DNA of 64,000 nt from Thermodesulfovibrionales bacterium. Its GTDB lineage: Bacteria > Nitrospirota > Thermodesulfovibrionia > Thermodesulfovibrionales > SM23-35. A program made the translations under genes and the position numbers. Positions 58,722-64,000 of this stretch are shown here, one piece after another. The first letter of the stretch is position 1. Every line of letters starts with the position of its first letter. The notes beneath the pieces are model-generated. The model was given only the letters and a program-made list of their open reading frames with translations, ran no database searches and was not told where the DNA came from. The DNA lies in assembly GCA_963716185.1 (NCBI GenBank), contig OY970295.1, positions 2,808,356 to 2,872,355 of the forward strand. The letters run 5' to 3'.

Positions 58722-58825
58722 GCACTTAGAGCTATTTTGCACTTTCTGTCACTTCAGAATGTAGCAGATTTGTAGCAAGCGCATTGAACTTCAGGAATTG
58801 TTTTATATTTTGTTATAATTAGTGT

Positions 58826-59044
58826 ATGAAGACTGTAACTTTAAAAGAAAAAGCCATAAATATGCTGGAGAGCTTGCCAGAAGATAAACTTGAATCTGCA
58901 ATAGATTATCTAAAGTTCCTGCAGGGCGATTACGACTTGTATGATGTTAATAAGAACCTTAAAGAAGCCCTCAGCGAGGTTAAGTTAATAAGAGAGGGAA
59001 AGATAAAGACTAAAACGCTCAAACAATTTCTGAATGAGCTATAA
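58826..59044 (+). CDS. putative antitoxin of the downstream RelE/HigB-like toxin
   Basis: 72 aa. Overlaps the toxin ATG (59034) by 11 nt. N-terminal MKTVTLKEKAINMLESLPEDKLESAIDYLKFL. Confidence 0.55.
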   Translation: MKTVTLKEKAINMLESLPEDKLESAIDYLKFLQGDYDLYDVNKNLKEALSEVKLIREGKIKTKTLKQFLNEL

Positions 59045-59142
59045 AATAATCCCTGCCCCTCGTTTCCAAAGAGATGTTAAATTCCTCAAAAAGAAATATC
59101 GAAATATCATCTCTGATCTTGATGAATTCAACATCATCCTTA

Positions 59143-61100
59143 CCCATCTTCAACACTTCGCCAAAAATAATTTAGGAATAACAATAAGTTACGAGGGGGG
59201 GAAATAGGCGTGGCACTATGAAATGATCTATTCTTATGTTTTATGAGCATCATCTTAATCAAACCGTACTCTTATCGTCCGTGCTCATAATTCTCACAGT
59301 TGGTGGAACAGCTACCCCCGCTGCCTGAAATGCCTTGCCGGCATCTCCCTTCAGTTCGCTCCTGAGAAGAACTTCCTTGCCGCCGGTCTGTATCCTGATT
59401 TCTTTCACTTCCTCAAGATCATTCATAAGGTCTGCCCATTCTACCTGCCATCCTCTTTGATCCATTCGTCTCTGCAATTCCTTGATAAGAAGGAGTGACA
59501 GGAAGCTGCAAAATACATGGCCCCGTATTGTCTCATCACATTTGTGGTATATCGGTCGGGTACTCAATATGCTCTTCATAGTACGGAATATCTGCTCCAC
59601 CATCCACAGTTGTTTGTATTGAAGCGCTACCTCACGGGATGGCAGATCCGAATTAGTCGTTAATACCCATTTGCCGTCATACCGGGATTCTTCCTTTATC
59701 TTCTCTTCGTCTATTTGAAACCTCGTCCCCGTAAGCTTGAGATATTTCCTGTATCCTTTATTGCCGACCAGTGCCTTCTCGCTCCGTTTGATTTTATCCT
59801 TTAAGGTGGCAATGATCGTCTCCCTGTCCAAGGCGTCTTTCTTGGCTTGGTCTTCATTGAGACAAATAATATATCGCCTGTCTTTGGCTATGACCTCTTT
59901 GACTTTCAGCGGCGACGGGGACTTGCTGTGCGTTCCTTTCGGATACACCTCCTCATAACGGCCACCTCGCCCCATGACTTCTTCTTTCACCTCTTTCTGC
60001 CGTCTCATCCTGACCCCTAAAATATATTGTATCCCTTTCGTCCTCTCTATCTCTTTGATCGTCTCTTTGCTGATCATTCCCCTATCGGCCACTATACAAA
60101 CCCTCTGTATCGCAAACCGGCTCCTTAATCGATCCATCACCGGCAGCAACGTCTTCACATCTGTCGTATTGCCGGGCCAAAGCTCACAGCATATCGGCCT
60201 GCCTTCATTGTCTATGATAATCCCTACGACCATCTGCTTCAGATCAGGCCGATGATCCTTTGAATGCCCATAGGCCCCGATCTCCTCCCCTCCGTTTCCC
60301 TCAAAATAGATGCTCGTCGTATCAAAAAACACCAGGGTGAGGTCTCTGAATAAACTCCTCTCCCTTTGAAATATCCCCTCTTCGATCAGGTCCTTTATGC
60401 ATCTCGGTGCAAACGGCGTCGCCCCTTTTTGTTCTTCCTCCGGCAGCTCTTCCCCAAGCCATGCCATCGCCCTGTACAAATGATGAAGGTCTATCTTCTC
60501 CGTCCCGGCAATCTTGTACTGCTCCTTCCACTTCTCCGCCGCCCGGTCAGAGCCCGATACGCTTAATCTGTGCAGCACAGTTAAGAAGATCGCTCGCTCT
60601 ACCGGAAACTGATACTTCCTCTCCCCCAACAACTCTTCGATCACACACTGTATCCCAGTATCTTTCCATAACCGTCCAAATACCATAGGTATACCGACTT
60701 TTGCATCTTCCACTGAGGGAACAACGCCTTTTTCATAGGAGTCAATGATTGCCAGTTTTTCGGAAAAGCGCACCCCAGACCGCAGGAGACTGTCGAGTTC
60801 CCCTGTTTCTTCCAACCTGTCAAGGCGTCCCAAGGTGCCGATAACCTTTTGCCGGACATGTCCCTTATCCCATATGCTCTTTACGATTTGAATATATTTT
60901 CTTGGACCGGATGGCTTTATCCTGATAAACATAGCATTAGTATTATAGGTATTTAAGCACGACATTTCAACCTAATAATGCTATCAACGTGGCACTATGT
61001 TTGACCCTTATTCTCATTTGCTTTTCTCGTAAGTAGGCTTAAATACTGGGTTTCCGTCTTTGAGGTGTCGCTTTTTTAGGGGGCAACTGTTGAAAATGAG
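59143..61100 (-). mobile_element. IS1634/IS4-type insertion sequence (1958 bp)
   Basis: Terminal inverted repeats cccatcttcaacacttcgcc (59143-59162) and gggcaactgttgaaaatgag (61081-61100), with 15/20 complementary. 5-bp direct target duplication CCTTA (59138-59142 and 61101-61105). Confidence 0.8.
59259..60965 (-). CDS. IS1634/IS4-family DDE transposase
   Basis: 568 aa. The N-terminus FIRIKPSGPRKYIQIVKSIWDKGHVRQKVIGTLGRLD is typical of IS1634-type enzymes. D...D...E blocks (FFDTTSIYF, IVADRGMIS, ...YKQLWMVEQIFRTMK). Confidence 0.8.
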   Translation of the reverse strand: MSCLNTYNTNAMFIRIKPSGPRKYIQIVKSIWDKGHVRQKVIGTLGRLDRLEETGELDSLLRSGVRFSEKLAIIDSYEKGVVPSVEDAKVGIPMVFGRLWKDTGIQCVIEELLGERKYQFPVERAIFLTVLHRLSVSGSDRAAEKWKEQYKIAGTEKIDLHHLYRAMAWLGEELPEEEQKGATPFAPRCIKDLIEEGIFQRERSLFRDLTLVFFDTTSIYFEGNGGEEIGAYGHSKDHRPDLKQMVVGIIIDNEGRPICCELWPGNTTDVKTLLPVMDRLRSRFAIQRVCIVADRGMISKETIKEIERTKGIQYILGVRMRRQKEVKEEVMGRGGRYEEVYPKGTHSKSPSPLKVKEVIAKDRRYIICLNEDQAKKDALDRETIIATLKDKIKRSEKALVGNKGYRKYLKLTGTRFQIDEEKIKEESRYDGKWVLTTNSDLPSREVALQYKQLWMVEQIFRTMKSILSTRPIYHKCDETIRGHVFCSFLSLLLIKELQRRMDQRGWQVEWADLMNDLEEVKEIRIQTGGKEVLLRSELKGDAGKAFQAAGVAVPPTVRIMSTDDKSTV

Positions 61101-61338
61101 CCTTAGTGATAATCCTTTTTATGGTGAAGCCATCCCGGGGTTAGAAGGAAAGGTATTTAAGGCGCGTCTTGCAAGTTCGGATATGAAAAGCGGGAAAAGT
61201 AAAGGCTATCGCATAATCTGTTACGCTCTGATAAAGGAAAACACCATCTACTTGCTTACTATCTATGATAAGGCATATAAAGAAAACATCTCGGCGGGAG
61301 AAATTAAAGAAATAATTTTAAAATATGGACTTTAAACC

Positions 61339-61364
61339 AAGGGGCAAAATAGAACCGTCCCCTT
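61339..61364 (+). terminator. hairpin aagggg-N14-cccctt followed by a T-rich run, downstream of the toxin 3' part
   Basis: Read directly. 6-bp stem, then tatttctgtt. Confidence 0.35.
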
Positions 61365-61428
61365 TATTTCTGTTCGATGATAATGAGCGTATCGCTGAGT
61401 CATTCTGCCGTCCCTGTATCTCAAGAGT

Positions 61429-61617
61429 TTACCCTTCCGATTTCATTCTTGGTGCCTGCTGTTTCAGTCGTTCTGGCAGCCATACCTTTATGAGCGACTG
61501 GTAAGGCACATCTCGTTTATTTGCCTCAATGCGTATCGCTTCAAGGAGCGAGAGAGGTAGCCGCAAGGAAATGGATTGAGTAGAAGGCTTCAGATCCGGG
61601 AAACGGGCGCGAACCAT
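61429..61617 (-). CDS. brnA: BrnA-like (CopG/RHH) antitoxin, second copy; start uncertain
   Basis: ...FPDLKPSTQSISLRLPLSLLEAIRIEANKRDVPYQSLIKVWLPERL. Family-like sequence (KKLKAIPKFKSEAEERRFWETHDTTEYFD) continues upstream in frame to 61740, but with no canonical start codon. Confidence 0.55.
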   Translation of the reverse strand: MVRARFPDLKPSTQSISLRLPLSLLEAIRIEANKRDVPYQSLIKVWLPERLKQQAPRMKSEG

Positions 61618-61714
61618 CTTAGAGGAATCAAAATACTCGGTCGTATCATGTGTCTCCCAAAAACGGCGCTCTTCCGCCTCTGACTTAAACTTCGGGATTG
61701 CTTTTAATTTTTTG

Positions 61715-61864
61715 CTAATATAACTTCCTTTCTTTGGCGTTCATATTACGGGCGGATATAACCCGCACCAGGGTGCCAGCATGTCTCACTGTGAAAATGA
61801 CCATCAAGCGTCGACCGTTTGCCGTTTCTCCGAGAGCCCGATATCTCCGTTCGGATTCAAGGTC
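61715..61864 (-). pseudogene. C-terminal remnant of a BrnT (DUF497) toxin
   Basis: Hand translation: DLESERRYRALGETANGRRLMVIFTVRHAGTLVRVISARNMNAKERKLY*. The N-terminal half is missing, and the frame opens right after the vapC stop region. Confidence 0.55.
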
Positions 61865-61883
61865 TTAAGCAGACTTTACGGCG

Positions 61884-62306
61884 TTAGGATATCAAGTGAC
61901 TCTTCAGCTGCAATTTGCAAAGGCGACGGTCGGAAGAAACAAAAGTCACATTATCGCGCTTCAGGTTCAGGGCTATTGCAAGCTGAACACTGTCAACCGG
62001 TTTCATGTATCTTTTCAGAATAAGATCCTCGGCTTTGATAATGTCTTCTGCAGATACGTCGAGGATAGTAATATTAAGAGCACCGATATCCTGGTAGAAG
62101 AAAGTGCGTTGCTTCAAGAACTGTTCCTCTGTTGTGATCTTGTCGATTTCACAAAGCCTCTTCAGGTTGGAAATGATTTCAATAATAGTTATCGAAGATA
62201 TGAAGATAGGATCATCGGATTCTTCGAGTATCCGGGAGACCAATGCGGTCCCTTTCTCGGCCTGGTATCTTTTGAATAAAGCGCTTGTGTCTATGAAAAA
62301 GGGCAT
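61884..62306 (-). CDS. vapC: PIN-domain toxin VapC
   Basis: 140 aa. MPFFIDTSALFKRY (first acidic residue), later ISSITIIEI and ...FVSSDRRL. Confidence 0.8.
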   Translation of the reverse strand: MPFFIDTSALFKRYQAEKGTALVSRILEESDDPIFISSITIIEIISNLKRLCEIDKITTEEQFLKQRTFFYQDIGALNITILDVSAEDIIKAEDLILKRYMKPVDSVQLAIALNLKRDNVTFVSSDRRLCKLQLKSHLIS

Positions 62307-62309
62307 CAG

Positions 62310-62483
62310 CTATCGCTTTTCTCTTTCTTCAATAACTCTCCTGGAAAGAGAAATGCCGATGCCTGACAGACTCCGCTGTATGTCCTTCAAAGTAACATCT
62401 GTGTGGCCCTGTCTCTTCAGATGCCGGTGAAGCTTTGTGCTCATGCGAGGCTGACTCGGAGTTTTCGCAAGGGCTTTTGACAT
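62310..62483 (-). CDS. putative VapB-position antitoxin (57 aa, below the ORF-track cut-off)
   Basis: Hand translation: MSKALAKTPSQPRMSTKLHRHLKRQGHTDVTLKDIQRSLSGIGISLSRRVIEEREKR*. Strong SD (aaggaggtg) 8 nt upstream, and the stop lies 3 nt before the vapC ATG. Confidence 0.6.
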   Translation of the reverse strand: MSKALAKTPSQPRMSTKLHRHLKRQGHTDVTLKDIQRSLSGIGISLSRRVIEEREKR

Positions 62484-63264
62484 GATTCTAACACCTCCTT
62501 ATTGCCTCAGTTTATCAAGGGACGAATACTTCGGTCAAGATGCCAATTATTTATCATTTCTTCTCATGCTATATAAGATATCTTGTTGCCTACTCCGAAG
62601 GTGACTGCACAATAGAAATGATGATTATCATTCGAGACGGGGCACCCTTCTATGAGCCGGTGCACAATACGGGAAGTGTCTCTTATTTTTTTCTTTCTGA
62701 TTTGTGAACATAGAAAACTTGACCCGTGCGCCGTTTTGCTGGGCATGCTATATTTCAAGACCCTACATTACTACGCTACGCATTGCAATATGCTTGCCGG
62801 TGTTTTGGAATTCAGGATTTCTTCAAACTCTCCTTTTGTCAATTTCAAAGAATTGACCCCATATTACATCTCACAATCTTTTAAAACTATGGCGTAGCGG
62901 TAAGATGGTTTTAAATGAAAACTGATAACCAGGATAGAAGGGCAATATCGATCAATGAGCAACGAAGGATCAGGGCGCGATTTATGATTCTGCACCCGAG
63001 GACATTACCATCACTTTCTTAAAGGTGCTTGTTTGAATAATATTCGTGCAACGGACTCTTAAGTCATCTCTTATTTTTTCAAGCCATTGAATTCAGAGGT
63101 GGCCCCAGCTGTTAATAACTTGATTACTTCACTCATAATCACTACTATAGATATTTAAGAATTAAGTGTCAACAACTGCAATTTGTTCATATGGGAATCA
63201 GTGCATTTAGATTGCACTTTTCAGTGAGGGTCTTTGTGTCCATTTCTTTGATGAAGAATAAACG

Positions 63265-63453
63265 ATGAAAGAGCTACTTGAGCTTTTAACAGAATTCGCA
63301 AAGAAATATCCCAAATTACAGTGGCCGACTCTTTTCCTGATCTGTGCGGTAATAATATTAATTTGGAAGTTGATAGAAAAACTCCTTCCCAAGGCGGTCG
63401 CTCAATTAATGAAAACATTAGAAAAGCGATTTTCAGCGAGGAGGGTGCGCTAA
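63265..63453 (+). CDS. possible small membrane protein
   Basis: 62 aa with one TM segment (PTLFLICAVIILIW). Weak support. Confidence 0.25.
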   Translation: MKELLELLTEFAKKYPKLQWPTLFLICAVIILIWKLIEKLLPKAVAQLMKTLEKRFSARRVR

Positions 63454-63693
63454 TGCACAAGAAACCGCGATACGTGAATTTACAGTTAATATGCAGACAC
63501 CCAACTGGTTATCTTGTATACGTTCTGTGGCGAAATACCATACTGATGCTCCCTTGGATGCTGTTTATAATCCCTTGCGTTTCAAATTCTCCCATCGTGC
63601 TCTGCAATATACATCTACTACTATTGAACGAATACTCTCCGAAGCTAATCCGGTCGCTATCACGGGCCACCTGGCAGTGGAAAATCCACAGTG

Positions 63694-64000
63694 ATGAGCA
63701 TTTTGGCAATTGCGTATGCTAAAGATGCGGTGGTTGGCTTATTTACGTTATTACCCTTATTCGTGCCTATTTGTATATTAATAAAGCTTGACTCGTCTGG
63801 TCCCGTGATGATTCGTCTTCAAAGAGTTGGGAAGGACGGTCGCATCTTCGCACTTCTGAAGTTCCGGACTATGCACTCTGACATAGAAGGTAGAGCGGGC
63901 GCGATTTGGTCACAGGCAAGCGATCCGCGGATTACAAGAATTGGAAGATTCTTGAGGAAAATCGGTATCGACGAGTTTCCCCAGTTCTACAATATCCTCA
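63694..64000 (+). CDS. undecaprenyl-phosphate sugar phosphotransferase (bacterial sugar transferase family), 3' end outside the window
   Basis: Hand translation: MSILAIAYAKDAVVGLFTLLPLFVPICILIKLDSSGPVMIRLQRVGKDGRIFALLKFRTMHSD...DPRITRIGRFLRKIGIDEFPQFYNIL. The ORF runs off the window, so it is absent from the track. Confidence 0.8.
   Translation, partial: MSILAIAYAKDAVVGLFTLLPLFVPICILIKLDSSGPVMIRLQRVGKDGRIFALLKFRTMHSDIEGRAGAIWSQASDPRITRIGRFLRKIGIDEFPQFYNIL

Larger units (their letters stand above)
59034..61335 (+). pseudogene. RelE/HigB-family toxin gene split by an IS insertion
   Basis: 5' part 59034-59142 (MSYKIIPAPRFQRDVKFLKKKYRNIISDLDEFNIIL) and 3' part 61106-61335 (SDNPFYGEAIPGLEGKVFKARL...GYRIICYALIKENTIYLLTIYDKAYKENIS...). 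They join in frame once the IS and one CCTTA copy are removed. Confidence 0.8.

Noticed and set aside
59209-60999. Treating the 12-bp direct repeat cgtggcactatg as the target-site duplication of the IS
   Set aside because: No inverted repeats lie just inside these 12-mers. Imperfect 20-bp IRs with a 5-bp CCTTA duplication lie further out, and removing that larger unit restores the toxin reading frame exactly.
62880-62910. tRNA-like fragment ggcgtagcggtaagatgg
   Set aside because: It resembles a D-arm only. No acceptor, anticodon or T arm can be folded around it.
1-64000. Search for CRISPR arrays, rRNA genes, retron/RT, Cas or other known multi-gene defence signatures
   Set aside because: No regularly spaced 25-40 bp repeats, no rRNA-like sequence, and no reverse transcriptase, helicase-nuclease or cyclase genes were seen. 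The only defence-like content is type II TA modules.

Overview
The window splits into two parts.

**Backbone (1-24.7 kb).** This is an ordinary, densely coded chromosomal backbone of an anaerobe-like bacterium; the lineage cannot be determined from sequence alone. It carries:
- a GAF/HD-GYP signalling protein, rodZ, fabF and an RNase Z-like MBL hydrolase
- galT-glgA
- an operon of PAS/GAF histidine kinase, CheY-like regulator and MoeA fused to a PBP-like domain
- a LysM-NlpC/P60 hydrolase, scpB, proB, a TlpA-like thioredoxin and clpC
- the lemA-TPM-TPM trio

**Accessory region (24.9 kb to at least 62.5 kb).** A tRNA-Gln(CUG)/tRNA-Glu(CUC) pair sits at 24760-24913. Everything to its right is accessory DNA.
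- The 3' part of tRNA-Glu recurs three more times in direct orientation, at about 37.1, 55.6 and 58.7 kb.
- These copies delimit a head-to-tail array of integrated elements of 12.2, 18.5 and 3.0 kb, plus a fourth element that is open-ended.
- Only one tyrosine integrase is left, and a 7-bp tandem duplication has broken it.
- Each element carries its own tandem heptamer pair at conserved offsets from both of its att boundaries. I read these as element-specific arm-type recombinase sites.

**Island cargo.**
- An HU-bracketed four-gene SEC-C cassette of unknown function, which is my best candidate for an undescribed system.
- A YfbR-like HD protein.
- IS200, IS630 and IS1634-like elements and an ISKra4-type fragment.
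- TA modules: BrnTA twice (one copy decayed), VapBC, and a RelE/HigB-like toxin split by the IS1634-like element.
- An orphan nuoB, clsB, a phosphoketolase, and a membrane cluster of P-type ATPase, S2P-CBS, CPBP and DUF1269 genes.
- A portable histidine kinase plus REC-HD-GYP pair.
- Many pseudogenes: mntH, a HAD hydrolase, and fragments of ldhA, gnd and glgP.

I found no rRNA and no CRISPR array. All family assignments come from motif recognition by eye and were not checked against a database.
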